From the IMG/VR virus record IMGVR_UViG_3300023179_000026, positions 1-64,000 of that record: a stretch of DNA of 64,000 nucleotides; one strand, given 5' to 3'. The notes beneath the pieces were generated by a model, which did not search any database, was not told the DNA's origin, and was given only the letters and a program-made list of their open reading frames with translations. Positions 54,979 to 63,503 of this stretch are shown one piece after another. The position numbers were made by a program, and so were the translations under genes. Numbering within the stretch: the stretch's first letter is position 1; every line of letters begins with the position of its first letter. This DNA comes from a virus.

Positions 54979-55269
54979 TTAGGCTTTTTGTTCTGCACGA
55001 TTTTGCGCAGTCCAGGCATCCCAACCTGCCTTATACCAATCAATACTAAACGGATTCATTATTTTTTCAATTTTTGTATGTAGAAACTCTCTATTACAAG
55101 TAGTGATAATATTTGTAGTTGTTTCTAGCGCAGTATTTAAAAATTTACTTTGAGCCTCAATATAAATTAGCATATTATTTTTGAGGTCAGTGTGCTTGAC
55201 ATATTTTTCAACAAATTGCTTTTTAGCATTTTGTACACTGTCAATAAAAAGTGAGGGTTGATTAATCAT
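54979..55269 (-). CDS. Phasin-like helical protein (tentative)
   Basis: FIDSVQNAKKQFV...YIEAQSKF amphipathic pattern. Confidence 0.4.
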   Translation of the reverse strand: MINQPSLFIDSVQNAKKQFVEKYVKHTDLKNNMLIYIEAQSKFLNTALETTTNIITTCNREFLHTKIEKIMNPFSIDWYKAGWDAWTAQNRAEQKA

Positions 55270-55701
55270 ATTGCATTCCTTTCTGTGTATGTGTCTAATT
55301 TGAGTACATCCAATATGTGCCCAAATGTATTTATACGATAAAATTTATTGTATTACAATTTTTTAGGATAATGTGGGGTTAAGAAATCCCATTCTTCACC
55401 AAGTACATATTGATGATTCAACTTTTCATCAATATAAGCAATAATTGCTAATGAACCAAGTATAAAATAAGCTAACATCATATTACTTGCCCATCAACTT
55501 TACTGCACTTTGCCATTTACCCCTGCGTGTTAGATGACTAGCTAATAATCCTTCACACCAAACTTGGTACATTATTTTAAAAAAGGTCATTGCCATTCTC
55601 CACGATGTAAATGAAAGTATCTGCGAGCACGTGCTTTTCCACTTGCTTCTAATGCTTTAAATATTTTGTAACCTATACTTGCTAAAAAACTAAACATTTT
55701 G

Positions 55702-55872
55702 TTATTCCTTATGAGAACTATATTCAAACTCTTTGATGTAATTGTCAAGAGTAGCAGCATCTGTAATGCTTTTTGTGCTTAAGTAACGTTCCAAACGATT
55801 TTGGTAACCATCTTTTGGAAACATTTCTGCTAAACGCTCAAGGATATTGAGCATAAACTGTGTAATAAACAT
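55702..55872 (-). CDS. DUF3563-like small protein (56 aa, not in ORF track)
   Basis: YQNRLERYLSTKSITDAATLDNYIKEF; GGAG RBS. Confidence 0.5.
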   Translation of the reverse strand: MFITQFMLNILERLAEMFPKDGYQNRLERYLSTKSITDAATLDNYIKEFEYSSHKE

Positions 55873-55938
55873 TTTCAATCTCCATGTGTATGTGTATCAA
55901 TTTTATTTATATGCTGCAGTGCGTCAAAGACTAGGGAT

Positions 55939-55962
55939 AAAAAAGGCACCGAAGTGCCTTTT
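55939..55962. terminator. Intrinsic terminator
   Basis: AAAAGGCAC-cgaa-GTGCCTTTT. Confidence 0.75.
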
Positions 55963-56175
55963 ATACTGTTTGATGTAGTTCATCAAACTTATTCAACGCT
56001 AACTGTCTAGCTAACCATAGCCTAAATTTGATTCTTGGTGATAAGTCATCATTTTCTGTAACTATTTTAATTCTAGTAAGATTGCGCCCTATACTATCAT
56101 CAAATACAAAAATTTCATAATCTTCATCAAAATCACTTTTAGGCGTAAGCGGTACGTCTTTTCGACGTGCTAGAA

Positions 56176-56313
56176 TTATTTTTTTGCGTCTTTTTTATCG
56201 TCTTTCTTAGCTTCTGCTTTAGGAGCGTCTTTCTTTTCTTCTTTCTTTGCATCTGCTGCAAATGCGCTTACTGCAAAAAGTGCAGCAAATAGTGTTGCGA
56301 ATAATTGTTTCAT
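56176..56313 (-). CDS. Small secreted Lys/Asp/Glu-rich protein (45 aa, not in ORF track)
   Basis: Signal peptide MKQLFATLFAALFAVSAFA followed by ADAKKEEKKDAPKAEAKKDDKKDAKK. Confidence 0.7.
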   Translation of the reverse strand: MKQLFATLFAALFAVSAFAADAKKEEKKDAPKAEAKKDDKKDAKK

Positions 56314-56447
56314 GATATTTCTTTATAAAAAAATGCTCTCTAATCCTTACGGACTAAGTTAATATTTCGCAGAGCAACTTAATATTAACTATGCTATTAC
56401 TATTAACGCATGAGTAAACAAAAAGTTTACACAATAATTATTTATTT

Positions 56448-56612
56448 TTATCCACCACGCCCACTTCTACGTACTACAGTGGCATTTCCAAATCCTTTAC
56501 TAGGTTTAGGTGATGGTGGTTTAAACCCACCCTTTTGTGGAAATTGTTGTTTAGCCTTAGCTTCGTTAGCCATATTAATAAATGGATTTTTAGATTTTTT
56601 AGTTTCAGTCAT
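56448..56612 (-). CDS. Small basic hypothetical protein (54 aa, not in ORF track)
   Basis: MTETKKSKNPF...RRSGRGG; AAGGAG RBS, ATGA overlap. Confidence 0.55.
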   Translation of the reverse strand: MTETKKSKNPFINMANEAKAKQQFPQKGGFKPPSPKPSKGFGNATVVRRSGRGG

Positions 56613-57048
56613 TGTTTTCTCCTTTAACAGATTTTAAATAATCAGCAACATTGCCATACAATATCATCATCGTACCAAGACGTTCATCATATAATTTTAC
56701 TTGAATATTAATTTTTTTAAGTAAATTATTGCCACTTAAAAACTCTATGTAGTATGGACTTTTAATATACTTGTTTAAATCAAGTAATGTTTTTGCATCT
56801 ACAGCGGTGCGATAAGTTTTTACGTTATTATCTATATCCCACATTTTTACGGTTGTGCTAGTAATTTTCGCTTCTTTAAATCGTTTTTCACCGTATTCAG
56901 ATAGTCGCCACCCACCTTGAAGGTGTGTGCCACTTTGTGGACGCTGATCCATCCAAAACAAATCAGGTAAATGTGGTTTATAGTCGTTTATTTCAAGCAA
57001 CTGAAGAATTTTTTTTGCTACTACAATTCTGTCAGTAAACACGATCAT
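56605..57048 (-). CDS. Hypothetical protein
   Basis: 147-aa coupled ORF. Confidence 0.65.
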   Translation of the reverse strand: MIVFTDRIVVAKKILQLLEINDYKPHLPDLFWMDQRPQSGTHLQGGWRLSEYGEKRFKEAKITSTTVKMWDIDNNVKTYRTAVDAKTLLDLNKYIKSPYYIEFLSGNNLLKKINIQVKLYDERLGTMMILYGNVADYLKSVKGENND

Positions 57049-57338
57049 TCGTCGGGATAAACTGTAGTACCCTGATTCATAAAAACAACTGAAAATTTAC
57101 TAGTCATAAATTGTTTGTTTAATTTTCTGCATAGATTGCGAGCGTGGCCTGGGTTACTAAAGCTTGTTTTCTTGTATTTTGGTACAGTATTGCTATCATA
57201 ATGATGACTATTTTTTAAATTGATAGGTTGACCATCAAAGAAAATAGCCCATATTCCTGCTGCTTCAAGCACTTGGTCAACTTTGTAAGTTTTTTTGTCA
57301 ACCATTTCTACAAGCACTTTTGGTTGTGATCTAGACAT
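57045..57338 (-). CDS. Hypothetical protein
   Basis: 97-aa coupled ORF. Confidence 0.7.
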   Translation of the reverse strand: MSRSQPKVLVEMVDKKTYKVDQVLEAAGIWAIFFDGQPINLKNSHHYDSNTVPKYKKTSFSNPGHARNLCRKLNKQFMTSKFSVVFMNQGTTVYPDE

Positions 57339-57529
57339 TAAAATTTACCTCCTGAGACTTGAACTTCAATAATTTCAAGTGTATCTGTTTTGCGTTCAAG
57401 TTTATCTGCAAGGAGTTTTGCTATTTCATCCCGTAGCATTTTAGCTTCGCTTACAGGCATGATAAAATCTCTTTTGCTTGTAGAATCAATAGCACCTACC
57501 TTATCAATAAATCGTTTTATGTTAACCAT
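57338..57529 (-). CDS. Hypothetical protein
   Basis: 63 aa, ATAAATA upstream. Confidence 0.6.
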   Translation of the reverse strand: MVNIKRFIDKVGAIDSTSKRDFIMPVSEAKMLRDEIAKLLADKLERKTDTLEIIEVQVSGGKF

Positions 57530-57537
57530 GCTAGTAT

Positions 57538-57984
57538 TTATGCCTTTTTTGCCTCTTCTTCTGTGGCAAATGGTCCAACATAATCATATCGCTGTATAAA
57601 AATATACTTAGGGCAAAACATTGTTTGCCATACATCATTCATTTTTATTTTAAAATATCCTGCAGCATGGTAGCATTTACTTTTTTTACTTGTAGTATAA
57701 ACATGCAATTTACGTTTAACATCGTACATATCATTGTATGTTTTACTGTCAGTAGGCCATTTTGCAAAAGAAATGGTATTGTGTATGGGTTTACGCTGTG
57801 GTCTTTCAAACTCAATTAATTTAGACTTTTCAATGGATTTAACATCGTCATAATGAATAATCGTACCATCAACTTGTTTAAAGTCAAAACCTGTACCACT
57901 TGCTTCAACGTTACCAATTTTATTGGCACCATCAGTAACAACCCAAAATTGATTTTTTATAATTGGTTTAGCTTTTAGTATCAT
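57538..57984 (-). CDS. Hypothetical protein
   Basis: 148-aa ORF with own promoter. Confidence 0.65.
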   Translation of the reverse strand: MILKAKPIIKNQFWVVTDGANKIGNVEASGTGFDFKQVDGTIIHYDDVKSIEKSKLIEFERPQRKPIHNTISFAKWPTDSKTYNDMYDVKRKLHVYTTSKKSKCYHAAGYFKIKMNDVWQTMFCPKYIFIQRYDYVGPFATEEEAKKA

Positions 57985-58034
57985 GATTGCAATATAATAG
58001 AATATAAATTGTAGGTCAAGTTATTTAGATAAAT

Positions 58035-58637
58035 TTATTCAATATCTTTAATTGTTAAAGAAAATGTTCGTGCTCCAAATGATCCAACAGGATAACTATT
58101 AAATGAAATGCTTACTCTATGATCATGATTTACAGATTGTACGCTATGTACTAGACTAGATGGGAAAATATATAAAGTTCCAATTTGCGTTGGTAATTTC
58201 CAATTTAAACTATTAAATATATTATAATTCTCAGTTGGTATTAGTATGGGTTGATAATCAGACTTGTAAAATGTAATACTATCTTCTTTACAAGTGTGTA
58301 AGTAAAGCACCCCACTTAAAAAGGAATTTGAATGATAATGAATATGATGAGATTGACCTTTATTAGAAATATTCACCCATGACTCAGTAATTTTGAGTTT
58401 AATTTTTTTATTTGATGGAAATATGATATTACTAAGATATTCTTGTAGTGAGTTTTGACAAAAATCACGTAGTTTCTTTAACTCAGGTGCTTTTAAAATA
58501 TATGAGTCAACTGAACCAAAATTATACGTTTGTTCTTTATACGAAATAGTGTCTAAGTATTGTATTTCTTGTTTTGTAAAATCACGCCCTAAACTAAATT
58601 CCCCAACAGGAATTGGAAAAAGAGAAATTACATTCAA
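58035..58637 (-). CDS. Putative 2OG-Fe(II) oxygenase (TIGR02466-like)
   Basis: SWVN...HYHSNSFLSGVLY...FPSSLVHSV..RVSISFN. Confidence 0.85.
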   Translation of the reverse strand: MNVISLFPIPVGEFSLGRDFTKQEIQYLDTISYKEQTYNFGSVDSYILKAPELKKLRDFCQNSLQEYLSNIIFPSNKKIKLKITESWVNISNKGQSHHIHYHSNSFLSGVLYLHTCKEDSITFYKSDYQPILIPTENYNIFNSLNWKLPTQIGTLYIFPSSLVHSVQSVNHDHRVSISFNSYPVGSFGARTFSLTIKDIE

Positions 58638-58882
58638 GCTAACTCTCCAAAATTGTTTTCATACCTTTCACGTAAAGTTTTAGCAATATCAAAATAACCT
58701 GATTCTACTAGTGTTAAAAATACTTGATTGATAGGCATGCCAATAAAACTAGTATTGGCAATTACAGGTATTTGTTGCTCTGAATCAGCTAATTTCATGT
58801 TGCCAATAATATACGCCACACCATACGCTTCATCAACATCATATTTTACACAATCACCAAACTTAAACATTATTTTCCTCAT
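58634..58882 (-). CDS. Hypothetical protein
   Basis: Coupled ORF. Confidence 0.5.
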   Translation of the reverse strand: MRKIMFKFGDCVKYDVDEAYGVAYIIGNMKLADSEQQIPVIANTSFIGMPINQVFLTLVESGYFDIAKTLRERYENNFGELA

Positions 58883-59030
58883 CTAAATTAGACATTTTCA
58901 AAACCATATCGACCATTGATGAATAACACCATGGACAAAATGTAACAGGCATAACCCCAAAATAACCTGCTATACCACCTTCATCTTCTAAACTAAACTC
59001 ACTTTCACATATATTACACTTATTATTCAT
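58863..59030 (-). CDS. Small Zn-ribbon-like protein
   Basis: CNIC...FCPWC; start revised. Confidence 0.55.
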   Translation of the reverse strand: MNNKCNICESEFSLEDEGGIAGYFGVMPVTFCPWCYSSMVDMVLKMSNLDEENNV

Positions 59031-59151
59031 TGCTTTGCACCTCAATTTTAGTCTTTGGAACAATATAAGGTTGTACAACATAGGCATCTGCAACACCCCA
59101 ACCTATAGCAGTAAAAAAACCTACGGCAATAATTTTAATAACCCACATCAA

Positions 59152-59562
59152 TTATTCCTCATCATTAACAATACGTGCATTTTTATAATCAAACCATCCT
59201 AGTACTTCCTTTGATTTTAAATCAGCTACTAATTTTTTGATATGTAAAGTTAATTTATGCTTTTGATAATCATAAGCAGCTTGTTTAGTAATCGCTTCAT
59301 CCCACTTACGTGTAATCGCTTCATCCCACTTACGTGTATTGAATGCACCACAATAGTACAGTTTTTCAAAAGTTTGTTGTAAGCATGTTTTCATTTGTGG
59401 AGTGCAATATACACCTGACGATATTTCCATAGCTAAACACAAAGCTTGTGCATGTGTCATAACGATACCATTCCAATATACAATATATTCATCATGCTTA
59501 GTAAGATATACTAGAACAGGTTTAGGGTCTAAAATACTCCAACTATGTTCAGGTCTATTCAT
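59152..59562 (-). CDS. Hypothetical protein with an internal 8-aa duplication
   Basis: RKWDEAIT x2. Confidence 0.55.
   Translation of the reverse strand: MNRPEHSWSILDPKPVLVYLTKHDEYIVYWNGIVMTHAQALCLAMEISSGVYCTPQMKTCLQQTFEKLYYCGAFNTRKWDEAITRKWDEAITKQAAYDYQKHKLTLHIKKLVADLKSKEVLGWFDYKNARIVNDEE
59288..59335. repeat. Perfect 24-bp tandem duplication
   Basis: GTAATCGCTTCATCCCACTTACGT x2, in frame. Confidence 0.9.
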
Positions 59563-60181
59563 ATTCTTCCATTGATGTAAATTTCCATGTACTCATATCA
59601 TTGTGTACAATATCTTCAATCAACCCATCAACAGGTCGATACCCATAAGTACAATACTTTACTAAACGTTTTGCAGCTTGTGGTTGCAGTGGATAATTCA
59701 TACGCAAAATTTTATTACGAATATCACTTGCAGTATGTTTACCCATAGCCCAATTTGTACCATCTGTGCCAATTTGACATACACTAATATCAAAATTGTT
59801 AATTACATCATCTAACCTATCATAAAAACGTTTAGTTATAATTTGTACAGTCCAAAACCGTCTGATCTTTGATTTGGAAACATAAAGGTAAGTAAAAGCA
59901 TTTTCTGTGTGATATTTTTCTTGTAGATTGGATTGATCAAGTAATCTATTTCTTAATTCATTCACTTGATGTTTATCAACACAAAATATATCAATGTCAG
60001 CTTGCTCAACAGGTTTATGTTGATACCATTGTAAACATGCCCCACCCGCAATGAATGGACCTTGTTCCGTGGGGCATATTACTCTAACAGGTTCTTGATC
60101 ATCTGCATGAACTAAAGGATAGTCCTTTACTTTAGGTTTTTCCGAAGTATCAAATAAATCATCAAAAGAAAAGCGACTCAT
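59555..60181 (-). CDS. Nucleotidyltransferase (poly(A) polymerase/CCA-adding head-like)
   Basis: FIAGGA...DIDIF...FDISVCQ...R..KY..YGY. Confidence 0.7.
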   Translation of the reverse strand: MSRFSFDDLFDTSEKPKVKDYPLVHADDQEPVRVICPTEQGPFIAGGACLQWYQHKPVEQADIDIFCVDKHQVNELRNRLLDQSNLQEKYHTENAFTYLYVSKSKIRRFWTVQIITKRFYDRLDDVINNFDISVCQIGTDGTNWAMGKHTASDIRNKILRMNYPLQPQAAKRLVKYCTYGYRPVDGLIEDIVHNDMSTWKFTSMEEYE

Positions 60182-60396
60182 ACAATTTTTTTATCTTGAA
60201 GCAAAGTTTCAAAAGTGCCAAACAATTGTTCAAATTTTACAGCATAAATTGTTTCCAAACCTAGCAAATAGTTTGAAATTTGATCTTTAGTATAGTTATC
60301 ATTTTCAAGAACTTGCTCGTTTAACAATTTAATTTCATCCGTAATACCCCAACAACCTAAAATTTGTTGTTCTAAATCAAAACGATCTGCCATCAT
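60178..60396 (-). CDS. Hypothetical protein
   Basis: 72-aa coupled ORF. Confidence 0.6.
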   Translation of the reverse strand: MMADRFDLEQQILGCWGITDEIKLLNEQVLENDNYTKDQISNYLLGLETIYAVKFEQLFGTFETLLQDKKIV

Positions 60397-60667
60397 ATTC
60401 TCCTATACCAAAACGTTGTTGTATAACTTGTTTTACTGCAATAAGTGCTGCGTTCCAACTTGGTGTATCGTAGGGGTTGCCATCAATGCCAACTCCACTA
60501 TAACCACGTAAATCATCACATACATTGATACATTCTGCAAGTACTAATTCAGTTAAATTGATTAGATCTACTAACGCAGGTTCGCTATGTATGCCATATT
60601 TCGGGCTAGCATATTCTGTGCGTAAAACGTTAGCTTGTCTAGCGAGTTGGATAATTTTTTTGTTCAT
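60377..60667 (-). CDS. Small paralog family member (MN.RI..LA.QA...EC...HFG.E)
   Basis: MNKKIIQLARQA...LAEC...QQRFGIGE. Confidence 0.6.
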   Translation of the reverse strand: MNKKIIQLARQANVLRTEYASPKYGIHSEPALVDLINLTELVLAECINVCDDLRGYSGVGIDGNPYDTPSWNAALIAVKQVIQQRFGIGEYDGRSF

Positions 60668-60680
60668 TTTTATCTTAAAC

Positions 60681-60926
60681 CTAAGTCTTTACGTTACAAA
60701 CATTGTTTTTAAATTCTTTATAGTCTAATAAAATACGCCCACATCTTCCATCTATTTTTGAAAATGTTTTTTCTTTATTTGACCGTAGCTGATCTTCCAT
60801 ATCTACTAATACTTCTCTACATTCTTCTTCACTTCTAATAGGGTTGGATGTGGATATTAAACCACAATCTGTTCCGCTACAAAAATATATGATAGCAGTA
60901 TAAAAGGCTAGTTTTTCAATAATCAT
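60681..60926 (-). CDS. Hypothetical protein
   Basis: 81 aa, Cys pairs, possible signal peptide. Confidence 0.5.
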   Translation of the reverse strand: MIIEKLAFYTAIIYFCSGTDCGLISTSNPIRSEEECREVLVDMEDQLRSNKEKTFSKIDGRCGRILLDYKEFKNNVCNVKT

Positions 60927-61162
60927 CGTTCAATTCCAAAGTGTTTTAATACAATACGTTCACATCTTTTATATAATGCTTGATCCACTTTATATTCAAT
61001 ATCGCTTTCATAAAGGTTGGGCTCTAATGCCAGTAAGCATTCTTGTATGATGAGGTCAGCAAACTTTTCTATAGCCCGATGATCGTAGTCATCCATACTA
61101 TCCCAACAACCTTGAGCGGTCAGTCCTGCACGATACATTAGATCCTCAAGGCGACTATTCAT
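60923..61162 (-). CDS. Small paralog family member
   Basis: MNSRLEDL...KFADLIIQEC...KHFGIE. Confidence 0.65.
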   Translation of the reverse strand: MNSRLEDLMYRAGLTAQGCWDSMDDYDHRAIEKFADLIIQECLLALEPNLYESDIEYKVDQALYKRCERIVLKHFGIER

Positions 61163-61434
61163 TCTTCAACTCCGAAATCTTCCTTCAATTGCTCAACTGC
61201 ATCGCAGCCAAGGCCGTAATCCTCTGCCTTACTAATTACCGCAGCGGCAACCAACTCAGCGAACTTGTTCAGTCCCTGTTCAGATTGAATCATAGTAGAA
61301 ATAATTTCTGATGGTACAGCCGCTCGCCATTCATCATTATCTTTTACCAGCAGTGTTCGATCATTGTAATCCCATTCACCATCAATAGCAGGAATGCCAG
61401 CCTGTTCGGCAAGTTTTCGAATTCGTTCGTTCAT
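61159..61434 (-). CDS. Small paralog family member
   Basis: MNERIRKLAEQA...KFAELV...DFGVEE. Confidence 0.65.
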   Translation of the reverse strand: MNERIRKLAEQAGIPAIDGEWDYNDRTLLVKDNDEWRAAVPSEIISTMIQSEQGLNKFAELVAAAVISKAEDYGLGCDAVEQLKEDFGVEE

Positions 61435-61658
61435 TCTTCAACTCCGAAATTTTTTTTAATTTGTTTAGCAATAATAGCACCCATATCGTCATTTCGGTGA
61501 CTATTCTTTAGTGATACTTGCTCACATTCCCTAACGATCAACTCGGCGAACTTTTCTGTGTAATATCTTGGATACTGATCGTAATCAGCACCTTCATCTA
61601 TCAGTTCGCCAGCATAGATTTCAGCCTGTTCGGCAAGTTTTCGAATTCGTTCGTTCAT
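61431..61658 (-). CDS. Small paralog family member
   Basis: MNERIRKLAEQA...KFAELIVREC...NFGVEE; start revised. Confidence 0.65.
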   Translation of the reverse strand: MNERIRKLAEQAEIYAGELIDEGADYDQYPRYYTEKFAELIVRECEQVSLKNSHRNDDMGAIIAKQIKKNFGVEE

Positions 61659-61751
61659 TTTACATTCCTTGGGCACTGCGATTGGAACATGCCTCACATG
61701 GTTGCATTGGTTCTGTCATGGCACATTCCGCACAGGTCAACCAAAACACTT

Positions 61752-61946
61752 TCATTCTTCAACTCCGAAATGTTTTTTAAGTTTACTTTCTGTAATTGAA
61801 CCGACTTGACTAATTTCAATACATTCCTTAACAATCAACAGGGCGAACTTTTCAGTAAAGTATTCATGCTCCTCGCTAGCAAAAGGTGCATGAGCATCTG
61901 CCCAATCTTGAGCTTGTTCAGCAAGTTCTTTAATTCTCTTGTTCAT
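61752..61946 (-). CDS. Small paralog family member
   Basis: MNKRIKELAEQA...KFALLIVKEC...KHFGVEE. Confidence 0.65.
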   Translation of the reverse strand: MNKRIKELAEQAQDWADAHAPFASEEHEYFTEKFALLIVKECIEISQVGSITESKLKKHFGVEE

Positions 61947-62134
61947 TATACTTTCCTATCAAGGACAAACCCTTTAAAGTAAATAAAAAAAGCTTTAGCA
62001 ACATTCTTCATTTGACGTAAATAATATTGACGGTATGACATTATTGCATACCTTTCATTTACCCTACCGTTATCAAATAAAGTAGTAAGAAAAACAAGAA
62101 GAAAATTGCTAGATAAGTTCCAACTTTATCCATG

Positions 62135-62479
62135 CTACATGCTCCAATACAGTTCACTTGAAGGATCGCAACAACGTGGTGTATCTGCAGGAATCACGAC
62201 TTTTTCACCTGTTATATAATTCTTGACAGTCTTCATTTCTACAGGAGTTGTATCAACTTTTTCTACCTTCATCATCTTAAGGTAGGAATCGGAAGCACAC
62301 ATTCTGATGGTGTTGGACTTCCCCATAATTTCAATAATGATCCAAGGGGTCATTGTACCATTAGCTGCAGGGGCAAGAAAGATTTTTTTGATAGTACCGA
62401 GAAGGTTACCTGCTGCAGAAACCCAAGTAATTGTGTCAGCTACGTTCAAGTTCATTTCCATCTCCTTGTTAATCACCAT
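62135..62479 (-). CDS. Hypothetical protein
   Basis: Own promoter and AAGGAG RBS; probable start MEMNLN. Confidence 0.6.
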   Translation of the reverse strand: MVINKEMEMNLNVADTITWVSAAGNLLGTIKKIFLAPAANGTMTPWIIIEIMGKSNTIRMCASDSYLKMMKVEKVDTTPVEMKTVKNYITGEKVVIPADTPRCCDPSSELYWSM

Positions 62480-62532
62480 ACATGTAGTATATGAAAATAT
62501 AAGGTTGCTGTCAAGTGTTTTTTCTAATGTTG

Positions 62533-63483
62533 TTACTTCACTACAAAATAATCACTAAACTTGTCGATATGCTCGTAAAATTTAGCTATACCTAACTCTA
62601 ATTGTGGATGATATGGGTAATTATCATAGCTTAATTTTCTACCATGCTGTATTCGTTCCCCTATTTCAACATCTTCTAATGCTGTTGAATGATATGCTGC
62701 CAATTGAGTTTCAACAAAATCTTGGTCAAATGCTGATACACTGTCAATATGATGATACTCAATTAAATTAAAACATGTTTTATCGGTGTCAGGCCATACC
62801 GTACTCATAACAATCATGTTAGGATACCACTCTAATGTCATGTTAGGATAGATAGTAGCCCATAATGCACCGTACTCCACATGTGAATAATTACTACGTA
62901 TCATCTTTTGCAATTCATTAAAATGTGGATTAGGATTGTTACTGCTTTTATTATACTTAACCTCTTGAATTGACCAATTATCACCAAAGTGCAATTTGTA
63001 ATGGTTCATGTCAACAAAATTTCCTAAGCCTGGATGGAATGGTTTGACATGATACAAATCTAAATACACTTCAATAAAAACTTCCCAACTAAAATTTAAC
63101 TTCATAATTTCTGTTTTAGTATGGACATAATTACTTGTATCAAAATGTGACACCAAGTGTTTTGGAAAATTTATATCCATTGGTTTGGTAAACAAAAAGT
63201 TATTCCATTCATGTGTTGTTATAGTTGGTAAACATCCTTCAGTATCAAATGGTGATCCTAACAATACGCCATGTTGGTCATAAGTCCATCGATGAAGTGG
63301 GCATACAAGATTACCGTGAAATGGTTGTGGTTCATCAACGATAATAGCCCCACGATGCAAACATGAATTACTAACCACCTTAGTAATATTGTTGTATTTT
63401 TGTACTGCCCATAATTTATTAAATTGTTTTAGTGGTTGTACAGAATTGTTATTCAAGCTTAAATTTGATATTAAGTATGTCAC
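62533..63483 (-). CDS. Rieske non-heme iron oxygenase alpha subunit (choline monooxygenase/ring-hydroxylating type)
   Basis: CLHRG...CPLHRWTY Rieske ligands; DLYHVKPFH and ED mononuclear-iron motifs. Confidence 0.85.
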   Translation of the reverse strand: MTYLISNLSLNNNSVQPLKQFNKLWAVQKYNNITKVVSNSCLHRGAIIVDEPQPFHGNLVCPLHRWTYDQHGVLLGSPFDTEGCLPTITTHEWNNFLFTKPMDINFPKHLVSHFDTSNYVHTKTEIMKLNFSWEVFIEVYLDLYHVKPFHPGLGNFVDMNHYKLHFGDNWSIQEVKYNKSSNNPNPHFNELQKMIRSNYSHVEYGALWATIYPNMTLEWYPNMIVMSTVWPDTDKTCFNLIEYHHIDSVSAFDQDFVETQLAAYHSTALEDVEIGERIQHGRKLSYDNYPYHPQLELGIAKFYEHIDKFSDYFVVK

Positions 63484-63503
63484 AGTAGATCCTCAAACCG
63501 TAT

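Noticed and set aside
56335-56402. AGTTAATATT/AATATTAACT inverted repeat upstream of the Lys-rich peptide gene
   Set aside because: AT-only stem, single copy; cannot be distinguished from chance or a simple terminator.
59288-59335. 24-bp perfect tandem duplication as a functional repeat
   Set aside because: Only two copies, in frame; most simply recent slippage or an assembly artefact.
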